This document shows, one piece after another, positions 51,257 through 63,223 of a stretch of 64,000 nt of DNA. The notes under the pieces were generated by a model, which ran no database searches, was not told where the DNA came from, and saw only the letters and a list, made by a program, of their open reading frames with translations. This DNA comes from Centroscyllium fabricii. Taxonomy: Eukaryota. Position numbers and translations under genes: made by a program. The stretch lies in the NCBI GenBank assembly GCA_051313645.2, contig JBNRSN020000011.1:114824001-114888000 (forward strand). The letters run 5' to 3'. Numbering within the stretch: the stretch's first letter is position 1; the number at the start of each line of letters is the position of its first letter.

Positions 51257-51700
51257 CAGAAACATAGGAGCAGGAGTCGGCCATTCGGCCCCTCGAGCCT
51301 GCCCTGCCATTCAATGTGATCATGGCTGATCATCCAAACTCAGTACCCTGTCCCTGCTTTCTCCCCATATCCCTTGATCCCTTTAGCCTTAAGAAATATA
51401 TCCAACTCCTTCTTGAATATATTTAATGAATTGGCCTCTACTGCCTTCTGTGGTAGAGAATTCTATAAGTTCACCACTCTCTGGGTGAAGAAATTCCTCC
51501 TCATCTCTGTTCTAAATGGCTTACCACTTAACCTTAGACTGTGACTCCTGTTTCTGGAGTCTCCCACCATCAGGAACATCTTTCTTGCATCTAATCTGTC
51601 TAGTCCTGTTAGAATTTTATAAGTTTCAATGAGATCTCCTCACATTCTTCTAAACTCCGAGTACAAGCCCAACCGACCCAACCTCTCCTCATACATCATT
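51257..51700 (-). mobile_element. CR1 3' fragment inserted antisense into the long CR1
   Basis: CR1 tail and YEERLGRLGLY; flanked by the direct repeat ccttgcca. Confidence 0.85.
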
Positions 51701-52234
51701 CCTTGCCAGCAAAGTTGAAGCCCATGGAATAAAAGGGACAGTGGCAGCATAGATAGGAAATTGGTTAAGTGACACTGAACAGAGAGTAGTGGTGAATGGT
51801 TGTTCTTTAAGACTGGAGGAAGGTATAGTGGTGTTCCCCAGGGGTTGGTACTAGGACCACTGCTTTTCTTGATATATATTAATGACTTGGACTTGGGTGA
51901 ACAGGGCACAATTTCAAAATTTTCCTCTGACACAAAGCTTGGAAGTATAGCGAACAGTGAGGAGGATAGTGATGGACTTCAAGAAGACACAGACAGACTG
52001 GTGGAATGGGCGGACATATGGCAGATGAAATTTAACACAGAAAAGTACAAAATGATACATTTTGGTAGGAAGAATGAGGAAAGGCAATATAAACTAAAGC
52101 GTACAATTCTAAAGGGGGTGCATGAACAGAGAGACCTGGGGGTATATGTGCACCACTCGTTGAAGGTGGTAGGGCAGGTTGAGAAAGCGGTTAAAAACGC
52201 TTTCAGGTTTCTGGGCTTAATAAATGGAGGCATA

Positions 52235-52946
52235 GGGCCAGAACTTCGGGTCTCCACGGGTGAGTACGCGTTGGGTACTCATGCGTAGACCCAATGAAAG
52301 CATAGGAAACCGGAACCTCCATTCCTGCAAGGGAAGGGAATCATGGGTCGAATGCGTGTGCTGGAGAGGCAGCGCGTACGCCTGGAACTTCCGTTTTTTT
52401 CCAGGTTTCTCTGGGAGGGTAAATCTCCAGCAGCTACACTTTTATAAAAAGCAGTCAGAAGGCCTGCTTTTGACAAGGTAAGTGGTGAATTAAGTAAAAA
52501 TAAAACATTTTTTCTACTTTAAAGAAAGGGAAGTTTATTTTTAGCCCCGTTAGAAACTGTAATTAATTTTTTCAAAAATGTAAGTTATTGTTATTTTATG
52601 TAATTTATAGTTATTCTAAAAATGTGATTAAAAATAAATAAATATATATTTGAAGTTTGAGTTACGTTTTTGAGCCGAACTCTAATTCATAGATTTGACA
52701 GGCCTCCCTGTCAAATTTATGAATACAGATTCCCTGCTACCATTGGCTCCCCATGGCCCACGTGATCCCAGGGAATGCTTCGAACTAACTGCACCCCTGG
52801 GATATGCAAGCACTGCTCACCAGCAGTTGGAGCAGGCCCAGGATCGGAATCCCACGCGGGCCCACAGCGCAACGGCCGGCATGCTAGGTAAGTGCAGGTC
52901 GGAGGCTTGCACCTGCGGGAAGCCTCCAACCTGAATTTCTGGGCCG
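52235..52946 (+). mobile_element. PIF/Harbinger-type MITE, family A
   Basis: TIRs gggccagaacttc / gaatttctgggcc; splits CR1 at ggca-ta(g)|ta(g)-ag; inverted relative at 60158-60899. Confidence 0.75.
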
Positions 52947-54373
52947 TAGAGACAAAAGCAAGGAAGTTATGATGAACGTTTATAAAACACTGGTTTGGCC
53001 TCAACTGGAGTATTGTGTCCAATTCTGGGCACCGCACTTTAGGAAGGATGTGAAGGCCTTCGAGAGGGTGCAAAAAAGATTGATAAGAATGGTTCCAGGG
53101 ATGAAGGACTTCCGTTACATGGATAGACTGGATAAGCTGGGGTTTTTCTCGTTCGAGCAGGGAAGGCTGAGAGGAGATTTGATAAAGGTGTTCAAAATCA
53201 TGAGGGGTATAGATAAAGAGAAACTGTTCCCATTGGCGGAAGGGTCGAGAACCAGCGGACACAGATTTAAAGTGATTGGCAGAAGAACCAAAGGCAACGT
53301 GAGGAAAAACTGTTTCATGCAGCGAGTGGTTAGGATCTGGAATGCATGGCCTGAAAGGGTGGTGGAGGCAGATTCAACCGTGGCTTTCAAAAGGGAATTG
53401 GATAATTACCTGAAGGTAAAGTTTTGCAGGGCTACGGGGAAAGGGTGAGACTAGTTGAAGTGCTCTTGCAGAGAGCCGGCATGGGCGCGACAGGCTGAAT
53501 GGACTCCTTCTGTGCTGCAACCATTCTATGATTCTAGGAGCACTAGACTAGGTAAGAGAGTAGTTAAGGTGGACACTATGGGCTCACACCTGGCTGACAA
53601 TTAGTGTGTAAACATTAGTGTAAGCCAGTAAAATAATAAATGTTATTTTAAGCGTGTTCCTGTAGCAGCTGTTGACCCTGAAAAGTCAGGTGACATGCAT
53701 GTCAATGTTGCTTTTTGGACAGATGTAGTTTATTGGAGAATGGAAGGGCTGGGACAGATTTTTTAAATCTTTTTTTTATTCATTGATGGGATGTGGGCGT
53801 CACTGGCTGGCTAGGCGTGCATTTAGTGCCCATCCCTAATTGCCCTTGAGAAGTTGGTGGTGAGCCGCCTTCTTGAATCGTTGCAGTCTTATTGTTTTTC
53901 GCAGCGGTTGTTTACAACTGAGTGGCTTGCCAGGCCATTTCCGAGGGCATTAAGAGTCAACCATATTGCTGTGGGTCTGGAGTCACATGTAGGCCAGACC
54001 AGGTAAGGACGGCAGATTTCCTTCCCTAAAGGACATTAGTGGAAGGGAACAGAGATTGATCAGCTGAGCTGCAACCGAAGAGCTCTGGCTGCAGCCAGAT
54101 GTTTGAGCTCTTCCACTTCTTTGCCATCCTTTGTCGCCAGTCTCGCCTCCCTCATCTTGTTGAAGGTCCTGAAGGAGTGTGTGTATAACTTGTACCATTT
54201 TCTGGAGGTGCAGGGTGTGAAGAAACCGTACCCAATCATGTATTTGTAATAAGGATGTGGACTCTATTCAAATGTATGGTTTACTTGACCAAAAAACTAC
54301 CCAGTAAGCCTTGTGCATAGGCAATGGAAACTATTGCAACTAACAAAGAGAAAAGCTTGTCCATGGAGGCTTT

Positions 54374-55287
54374 GGAGTCAATTTTCATGGTGGGTTTTTG
54401 GGCGGCCGGGGAGGGAAAATCGCTAAAACGGGGGTCCGTGACCCCTCCCGCCAGCTTCTCGCCCGCTTGTCAGTTTCACCCGGCGGGTCTGATCGGCCCA
54501 CCTCTGTCCTGCCCGGCATCAGTGGAGATGGTCGTTAGGCTCATTAGGGGCCCTTAATTGGCACCGGTAATGCCATTTTAAGGGCCCATTGCCATTTTGA
54601 GCCTCTTCCCACGCAAAACCCGCCCGGTGGGAACACCGCCGTTGAAAGCTGGCGGACACACAATCGGCTTGGTGTCTTCCACCTTCGAGGCATTGAAGCA
54701 GCTGCCGCAGAATGGCTGGCTGGCCTCCAACATGCTGGAGGTCTAACTGTCTCCCTCGGATGCCCAAGATCAGTGGCCAAAAACCTTTAAACAACTTACT
54801 ACCCACCTGCTTGCCAGTGGCTCACAGAAAACGTGCACCGGAGCTGTCAGGAGCCTGCCTGTGAAACAAAGCACTTACACCTATCAATCATTGAGTGGGT
54901 GTTAGTTTCTGTTTACATTGGATTCTACTCTTAGATTCCACTGAAACCATAAACAAACAGACCAGACTAGTTAGAGCTGTCACTCATCGAGTTGCGGTTA
55001 CAATCTGTTTACATTGGATTATGACGTCAGAATGCCCTGAAACCACAGAAAGGAAAACAGCAGCCCACTTACAGCTGCCAATCATTGGCTCTGCTGCTGA
55101 CACGGTGGAAAGTCCGCCGGCTTTCTATGTAAAATGAATCAATTTGCAGGGGCTTCCCACACTCGGGGATTTAATTGGCCAATTGAGCCAAAATTGCATG
55201 GGACTTCCACACCCCTCAGAAAGCGGGAAGATAAAATGATCAGCGGGGAACCCACCCATTTCCCACACCTTCAGGAAAATTGACCCC
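54374..55287. mobile_element. Harbinger-type MITE
   Basis: TIRs ggagtcaattttc / gaaaattgacccc; ttt on both flanks. Confidence 0.6.
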
Positions 55288-55358
55288 TTTAGCTGTTGAT
55301 TAGATCTTATGCTCCTCTTTGTGAAAAGTGCCTAGGAACCACGTAGACCTACTCAATT

Positions 55359-55566
55359 GTGTGCTCTAGGGTTAGATGTGTATGAGATCGGATTTCTCCC
55401 CTCCCCGATATGTGATCTTTGAGTTCAGTCTCTCTCTGTTCACCTGACGAAGGAGCATCGCTCCGAAAGCTTGTGATTTAAAATAAAACCGTTGGACTAT
55501 AAATCTGGTGTTGTGTGACTTCTTGCATTTGTCCACCCCAGTCCAACACCAGCACCTCCACATTAT
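55359..55566 (+). mobile_element. Penelope-like terminal repeat
   Basis: TSD tactcaatt; shares sequence with 58043-58416 and 61977-62412. Confidence 0.7.
55440..55476 (+). ncRNA. Minimal type I hammerhead ribozyme motif
   Basis: UCAC-CUGACGA-A-GGAGC(auc)GCUCC-GAAA-GCUU-GUGA: stem I, conserved core, stem II, palindromic stem III and a CUU triplet. Confidence 0.75.
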
Positions 55567-56005
55567 TACTCAATTCATAGCCTCTTTGATAAGATAGCTA
55601 TGGAACTCCAAAGTGTCCTTGATTATGTCTCTTACATTTAATCACTGCTATTGATTGAGTTTGCTAACACTGAATCCTGTGCTATGTGTTGAAAGAAGGT
55701 ATTTGAAACTTTGACCACATGTTGAGACTTGGTCAAAACCCTAATTGCTGAGATGGCCGGTATGGCATGACGCACCAAGAGTGGATGAACAGGAAAAGTA
55801 TCATGTAAAGGGCAGATAGATATCAGCCTGGTCATATGACTGACCCGGGGATATAAAGGACTGAGAGATTAAGTGACTGTGCTCTAACCGGGTGGGTTGA
55901 TTCTCTACACAAAGATCTACAAGAGCTCAACCAAACTTTTCAATCATTTGGACTTGTACCAAGCGGGTGTATGTATTGTTTGCTTACTGTTGGCTAATCA
56001 AGTAA

Positions 56006-56412
56006 AATAGAACATAGAACATAGAAACATAGAAGATAGGAGTAGGCCATTCGGCCCTTCGAGCCTGCTCCGCCATTCAATGAGATCATGGCTGATCATC
56101 CAAACCCAGTACCCTGTCCCTGCCTTGTCCCCATATCCCTCGATCCCTATCGAGCCTGCACCAACACATATCCCACCCTATCCCCGTAACCCCACATATT
56201 CAATCCCCCTAACACTAAGGGTCAATTTATCATGGCCAATCAACCTAACCCGCACATCTTTGGACTGTGGGAGGAAACCGGAGCACCCGGAGGAAACCCA
56301 CGCAGACACGGGAAGAATGTGCAAACTCCACACAGATAGTACCAGAGGCTGGGTTTGAACCCGGGTCTCTAGTGCTGTAAGGCAACAGTGATAACCACTA
56401 TGCCACTGTGCT
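56006..56412 (-). mobile_element. HE1-type V-SINE
   Basis: Same structure as 15702-16098. Confidence 0.85.
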
Positions 56413-56473
56413 GCCATGCTTGCATTAACCAGCTGACTGATGCCTCATTTACTAGAGCAAAACACTTTCCCCC

Positions 56474-56707
56474 TAGGTTGATTGGCCGTGATGAATTGAC
56501 CCTTAGTGTTAGGGGGATTGAATGTGTGGGGTTGCGGGGATAGGGTGGGATGTGTGTCGGTGCAGGCTCGATAGGGATCAAGGGATATGGGGACAAGGCA
56601 GGGATCGGGTGCTGGGTTTGGATGATCAGCCATGATCTCATTGAGTGGCGGAGCAGGCTCGAAGGGCCGAATGGCCTACTCCTGCTCCTATCTTCTATGT
56701 TTCTATG
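56474..56707 (+). mobile_element. HE1-type V-SINE, 5'-truncated
   Basis: Reverse complement of 56020-56250. Confidence 0.85.
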
Positions 56708-56810
56708 GACTAATGTCACTGATATCTCCTGTTGCAGCCTAGAAAGAATCCGAAGCAAAGAAGTTCAGGGCTGTAGTGACCTTGACTGCAACAGTCAATG
56801 CTGTGTTAGC

Positions 56811-57230
56811 TCAATTCAATTCAATTCAAGTTTTATTGTCATTGCAGAGTATTAGTACAATACAACGAAACGGGGACTCGCCGCTCCCGAGAGTAGTGCA
56901 AATAAGTTACATACAATTGCATACAGTAAAGTACATTTCAGGTGTGCAGATACTGGAGTTTTTTGTTAGAGTTCAGGAGGCTGACAGCCCTGGGGAAGAA
57001 GCTGTTCTTGAATCTAGTCATGCGGGTGCAAATTGATCTGTAGCGTTTCCCGGAGGGCAGGGGGGCAAACAGACTGTGGCTGGGGTGTGTGGGGTCTTTA
57101 ATGATGGTCAGAGACCTATTCAATTGACGGTAACTGGGTGCTGGTGATTCGTTGGGCAGTTTTGACTACCCGCTGCAGGGCCGAGATGGTGCAGTTTCCA
57201 TACCAGACTGTGCTGGTTGTTTGCAGGTCT
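56811..57230 (-). mobile_element. Rex1/Babar LINE 3' fragment
   Basis: IIKDPTHPSHSLFAPLPSGKRYRS; (tcaat)n tail. Confidence 0.85.
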
Positions 57231-58042
57231 TGTTGCAGGACGTGACACACCTCTGTGACAGCATCCTAGAGAAGTGTGGTCTCCTTATGCATTGCTCCTC
57301 AGAGAAGTACAGGTATATTGTCCTGGGCCTATGGACGCCGTTGTGAGGGTAAGGATTCCTGTGAGCTCACCTTCTATCTGCTCTCTCTGCAGCTGAATTT
57401 CTAGTTTGTACCTTCCTCTGATTGCTGCTGCTCATCAACAGCAGCAACTTGCATTTATATAGCATCTTTAACAGGAAAAACGTTCCAAGGTGCTTCACGC
57501 GGATGTGATCTGATTAAAATCAACACCGAGCCAATGGAAGAGATAGGAGGAGTAACTAAAACTTGAACAAAGAGGCTTATCTTCCTCTAGCCAGAGTGGA
57601 ATTGCCAGACAGATCCACTTGCAAAAAAAAGTGTATTGCTGAAGGCCCATTAAGATCTCCGAAGATTGTACAGTCATTACAAACACTTTAAAATCGCCTA
57701 AGATGCCAAAAAACACTAAACTATCAGCAAAATGCTTCCCAAACTGTTGCAGTTTTACATGAGTAGGTGAGGATCCCTTTTAAATAGAGCATTAACGATT
57801 GCCTGGCAACCTGTACCACCCGTGGTTTGTAGGCAAGTTGTGAAACTGGCGGCAGCAGCACCGATTAGCATGAAAATGGAATTGGGGGTCTAAACGGTGT
57901 CAGTTGAATCTCAGTTAGGCCATCACTTGTTTCTGGTGCGAGTGTCGGCTGCCTAAATCCAAAAATTGGAACAGGCACATCTCCAGCAGTCAGTCGGCGT
58001 TATTTCCCCTTCAATTTTTATCTCCCTGTCACTCCATTTACA

Positions 58043-58416
58043 TGATGTGGAGGTGCCGGTGTTGGACTGGGGTGGACAATTGTAAGAAGTCCCACAACAC
58101 CAGGTTATAGTCCAACAGTTTTATTTGAAATCACAAGCTTTCGCAGCATAGCTCCTTCATCAGGTGTATGCAAAAGAGATTCATTTAAACACAGCATATA
58201 TAGAGGGAGAGAACAATGCAATCCTCTCAACTGTCCAACATCACACCTCAGCAGAGAGACACCCAAAGCAATCAAAGGTGTTGAACACAGCCAGGCACCA
58301 GCCTGAGATCAATGAGGTGCAGTCACAAAGGGTCAAATGTTGCAGTCTGGTGTCTGTGTGAAAACCCACAGAATGATTTAAAAAAAAAAAAAAAGATTTT
58401 TCTTGCTGGAAAAATA
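58043..58416 (-). mobile_element. Penelope-like terminal repeat with hammerhead motif (58131-58166)
   Basis: Reverse complement cacCTGATGAaggagctatgctgcGAAAgcttgtga; possible TSD atttaca. Confidence 0.7.
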
Positions 58417-58489
58417 ATTTACAGGCACCAATGGGGCAGTGGTGGAATGAAAATCGTCCCCACTGATTATAGTACTAAGCCACAGAGAT

Positions 58490-59152
58490 CAGAAAGTATC
58501 AGGTCCAATGTGAGGTTATTCACTTTGGTAAGCAGAATAGAAAAACAGCTTTTTTTTAAAATGGTGAGAAACTATTAAATGTTGGTGATCAAAGATAATT
58601 AGGTGACCTCATACAGGAAACACTGAAAGCTAGCATGCAGCTACAGCAAGCAATTAGGAAGGGAAATGGCATGTTGGACTTTATTGCAAGGGGGTTGGAG
58701 TGCAAGAGAAAGAATATCTTGCTACAATTGTACAGGGCTTTGGTGAGATCACACCTGGAGTACTGTGCACAGTTTTGGTCTCCTTATCTGAGGAAGGAGA
58801 TACTTGTCTTCGAGACGGCACAACAAAGGTTTGCTGGATTCCTGGGATGAGAGAGTTGTCCTATGAGGAGAGATTAAGTAGATTGGGCCTTTACTCTCGA
58901 GTTTAGAAGAATGAGAGGTGATCTCATTGAAACATTTAAGATTCTGAGGGGGATTGACAGGGTAGTTGGACGCTGAATCATTGAGAATATTCAGGGCAAA
59001 GATCGATATATTTTTGGACTCTAGGGGAATCAAGGGAGATCGGGCGGGCAAGTGGAGTTAAGGTTGAAGATCAGCCATGATCTTATTGAATGCTGGAGCA
59101 GGCTCGAGGGGCCATATGGCTTGCTCCTGCTCCTAACTCTTATGTTCTTATG
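58490..59152 (+). mobile_element. CR1 3' fragment
   Basis: [23 protein letters not shown] followed by the tail. Confidence 0.85.
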
Positions 59153-59184
59153 GTTCAATTCCTAATTTGTTCTGGGTTAGCTGT

Positions 59185-59620
59185 GGCTTAGGGGCTAGCA
59201 CCCTTGTCTCTGAGTCAGAAGGTTGTGGGTTTCAAGACCCGCTCCAAAGACCTAAGCACAAAAATCTAGGCTGATGGTCCAGTGCAGTACTGAGGGAGTG
59301 CTGCACTGTCGGAGGTGCCATCTTTTGGACGAAATGAAGCCCCGTCTGTACTCTCGGATCCCATGGCACTATTTCGAAGAAGAGCAGGGGAGTTATCCCC
59401 GGTGTCCTGGCAAATATTTATCCCTCAATCTCAATCAACATCACAAAAAAACCTGATTATCTGGTCATTATCACATTGTGGTTTTTTGGACGCTTGCTGT
59501 GCGCAAAATTTCCTGCATTGAAACAGTGACTACACTTCAAAAGTAATTCATTGGTTGTTTGTTGCTTTGGGACGTCCTGAGCTGGTGAAAGGCGCTATAT
59601 AAATACAAGTCTTTCTTTCT
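59185..59620 (+). mobile_element. SacSINE1/Deu-SINE-like SINE
   Basis: tRNA-like head (ctgagtcagaaggttgtgggtttcaag), Deu-like core, tail ggcgctatataaatacaagtctttctttc. Confidence 0.7.
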
Positions 59621-60157
59621 TTTCACTGCCTAGGCTCACACATGAAGATTGCTTACATGGCTGAGTTACTGGAGGGCTGCAGTGCCTGTGGGACTGTACT
59701 TCAGCAAGAACAGTCAATGCCTTTAGGAGAGCAGAGAAGAAGAGCAGGGAAAATGCAACTTGTCAGAAATTGTTTCATTTTGTAATTTAAGCAGTTTTTA
59801 ATGTAGAATAGTAATTGATTTTTACTTACAGATAGGGTAAGGGTCTAATGAAAGTTTTGTACAGGAAGGCATGAATATGTCTTCATCCCAAATATACTGC
59901 TATTCTCATGTCATCCTTTTCATTATTGTCTAATTATAAGACTCTGGAAAGCATGCTACAACTCTAAGGTCTATTTTCTATTTCACCTACATAACCAGAG
60001 TCACTGCTTTAAAAACAAATTAATTGTATATGAAGCACTTTGGGACATTTCTGAGATATAGTAAGGTGATAGGGAACGATAGGTCATTTTATCTTTTTCT
60101 TTCTATTTCCTGCCATTTTTTCTTGCAATTCCCACCTATTTAACATTTTACAGTTAA

Positions 60158-60899
60158 TGGCCCAGAAATTCGGGTCAGAGGCTTCCCACGTGTGCAAGCC
60201 TCCAACCTGCACTTAGTAGTGCGCCGGCTGTTGAGCTGTGGGCCCGTGTGGAATTCCGATGCGGGGCCTCCTCCAACTGCTGGCACGCTGTGCTCACGTA
60301 TCCTAGCGGCGCAGATAGTGCGAGGGAATAGTGGGCCACGGAGAGCCAATCGGAGCACAGAATGCTCCATTCATAAGTTTGACAGGAAGACCTGTCAAAA
60401 GTATGAAAACTACAGGCCCCAAAAATCACTAAATCTTCAAATAAATTAAAAAACACCCCCAGATTTTTAAAGTAACTATCAATTACATTAAATAACTATT
60501 TTAAACAATAATTTAAATTTTTGAAAAAATTAATTTTTTTCTGACTGGGCTAAACATAAACTTACCTTTCTTTAAAGTATTTAAAAATAATAAACCTGTG
60601 GAAAAAATGTTTTAATTTTCATTAATTCACCACTTACCTTGTTAAAACCAGGCTTTACATATTAAAATAGCAGCCGTAACTTTTTCATACTTACCCGGAC
60701 ACAGAATCTTATTAAAAAAAAAGCGGAAGTGCATTGCGCACGCGCTGCCGCTCCCGCGCACGCGTTCCGACCTCTGAACCCTTCTGTCAGGGGACCGGAA
60801 GTGCCGGTTTCGGCGCATGCACGAAACCAACACTTTGGATGGGCCTACACGTGAGTACCCAGCACGTACTCACCCATGGGGACCCGAATTTCTGGGAGT
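60158..60899 (-). mobile_element. PIF/Harbinger-type MITE, family A
   Basis: TIRs tggcccagaaattcggg / cccgaatttctggg; reverse-complement homolog of 52235-52946. Confidence 0.72.
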
Positions 60900-61769
60900 G
60901 TATTGACTCATCTATACTGTGAGGTTGTATCAATGTGCTGCTGAATTCACAAGTACAGATTAAACCTTGTGTACAGTAAAACAAGATAGACGATTACCAC
61001 AAATGGTTCTTTGCAAACTGATTGTTGAAGGAGCCCCTTGTAAAACAGCACCCCTCACAATACAAGTTATACTTCAGGGAGTTCTGTATTTGTGGGAGTT
61101 TGAGTTTCCCGTTTGAAAATTTATTCTCGTTCATGCGAAAATTTCTTTTGTGCTAACCAGTAAAGGAATTTCTGAAAAAAATCTAAAGAATCATTTTCAG
61201 TTGCCGTGCATATATTTTCTATTCATTTGTCATGTTGAGTTGAATGGATCCATTCATCTAATTTCTTTATAATTAGTACAATACAAATGTTCTTTGTAAA
61301 AATGTGAATTCATTATCTTGTTTTTCATACAGAATCATTTTTAATTGACACTTTGTATAAATCTCTTTTCAATGTTTGGAATTTTCATTATCTTTGGAAC
61401 AATGACCATGTTTAGACAAAAATTATCCAGCTCAAATAGTTTCATGGAAGACTTTTAAGGTTTGTAAGGCTTTAAAGGTACACTTTTAGGAGTTTGAATT
61501 CTTGTACACTTGAGTAGCCAGAGGGTGATTGTGATGGAGTCATGCAGTTTTCTCACTACATATGTTTTTTTGAATGATTTCAAAGACGCCATCTGGACTG
61601 GATTTATGAGTGCTCAAAACTTCACACTTGCATGAAAGTATGTGGCACCATTTTGGATTAGCACATCTTCCACTTGGATATATATGTTTATGTTAACATT
61701 ATGTTCTCGCTACAAAATCCTTGATAATGATCAGTGTAAATCCTGTTTTTTTTTATTGAACTACTCACT

Positions 61770-63195
61770 CAGCAGAGAGAGTAGACAATAATAATGCAAT
61801 AGATATAATTTACTAGATTTTCAAAAGGCCTTCGATAAGCTACCCCATAATAGACCGATGAACAAAGTCAGAGAATGTGGAGTCAGGGGACAAGTAGCAG
61901 AATGGATTGCTAGCTGAAAGCAGAGAGTAGTGGTAAAAGGTGGCAAAAGGTGGGTAGTGGTGTTCTATAAGGATCAATGCAAGAAGTCACACAACACCAG
62001 GTTATAGTCCAACAGTTTTATTTGAAATCACAAGCTTTCAGAGTGCTGCTCCTTCCTCAGGTGTGAGAGAAGTTAATTTAAGCACAGCATATATAGCAAT
62101 CTAATCTCTCCAACATCACACAGAGCAGACACCGAGCCGACAAAGGTGTTTTAACATATTCATCAGATCATGAGATCAATGAGGTACAGTCACGAAGGGT
62201 CAAATGTTGCAGTCTTGTCTCTGTGTAAAAACACACAGAATGATTTAAAAAAAAAGGGGATTTTCCTTACTGGAGAACGCAGCAGCGAACAAGACAAAGA
62301 TGACTTGAGTCTGGATGACTCTACGTCAGGCGGGGTCACATGTAGCGTGACATGAAGCCAATATCACAGTAGAGGCCGTCCTCATGGGTGCGGAATTTGG
62401 CTCATAATTTGGCTATAAGGATCAGTGCTGGAACCATTGTTGTTTGCAATTTATATTAATGATTTAGAGTTTGGAATCAAAAACACAATTTCTAAATTTG
62501 TGGATGACACTAAATTGGGGGAGGGGGAGATAGTCAATATTGAGGAGGACATTAATAAACTTTCAGAATGGGCAAATAATTGGCAAATGAAGTTCAACAC
62601 AGATAAATATGAGGGATTACATTTTGCTAGGAAGAACAAGGAGGTCACTTATTACTTGGAGGGTGCAAGTCTAGGTGGGGTAGAGGAACAAAGGGAATCT
62701 GGAGTGCAAATACACAAATCACTAAAAAATTGCAACACAGGTTAACAAGGCCATAAAAAAAGCAAACCAAGCACTAGGGTTTATTTCTAGAGGGATAGAA
62801 TTGAACAGTAGGGAAGCTATGCTAAACCTGTATTGAACCTTGGTTAGACCACACTTGAGAGTACTGCGTACAGTTCTGGCTGCCATAATATAAAAAGGAT
62901 ATAGAGGCACGGGAAAGGGTGCAGAGAAGATTTACAAGGATGATACCAGAAATGCGAGGGTATACATCAGCAAAGGATGAACAGGCTGGGTCTCTTTTCT
63001 CTTGAAAAAATAAGGCTGAGGTGTGACTGAATAGAGGTCTTTAAAACTATGAAAGGTTTTGACAGAGTGGATACAGAGAGAATGTTTTCACTTGTGGGGA
63101 AGAGAATAACTAGTGGCCATCAATATAAGATAGTCACCAAGAAATCTAATAGGGAATTCAGAAGAAACTTCTTTACCCAAAGAGTGGTGAGAATA
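61770..63195 (+). mobile_element. CR1 RT fragment interrupted by a Penelope repeat
   Basis: YLDFQKAFDK, LFAIYINDL, KFVDDTK and FRRNFFTQRVV motifs. Confidence 0.85.
61977..62412 (-). mobile_element. Penelope-like 3' fragment with hammerhead motif (62028-62063)
   Basis: 12-bp TSD ctataaggatca; reverse complement cacCTGAGGAaggagcagcactctGAAAgcttgtga. Confidence 0.75.
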
Positions 63196-63223
63196 CACAG
63201 AAACACAGAAGATAGGAGCAGGA

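Larger units (their letters stand above)
47830..53537 (+). mobile_element. Near full-length decayed CR1 LINE (5' UTR, ORF1 zinc-finger and esterase, ORF2 EN-RT, tail) with three nested insertions
   Basis: MAGHLSPTECVSCDMW...CRQC at 48108; VVVHIGDNNI and ISGLLPVP esterase motifs; ILGDFNYPNIDW; KSPGPDGMHPR; GVPQG; tail ccattctatgattcta. Confidence 0.92.

Noticed and set aside
55640-56465. Possible solo LTR (TATA, agtaaa) split by HE1
   Set aside because: I found no convincing termini or TSD.
59826-59845. cag|ATAGG|gtaagg micro-exon-like motif
   Set aside because: There is no supporting gene context, and I recognised no exons of neighbouring genes such as RAD54L or POMGNT1 in the window.
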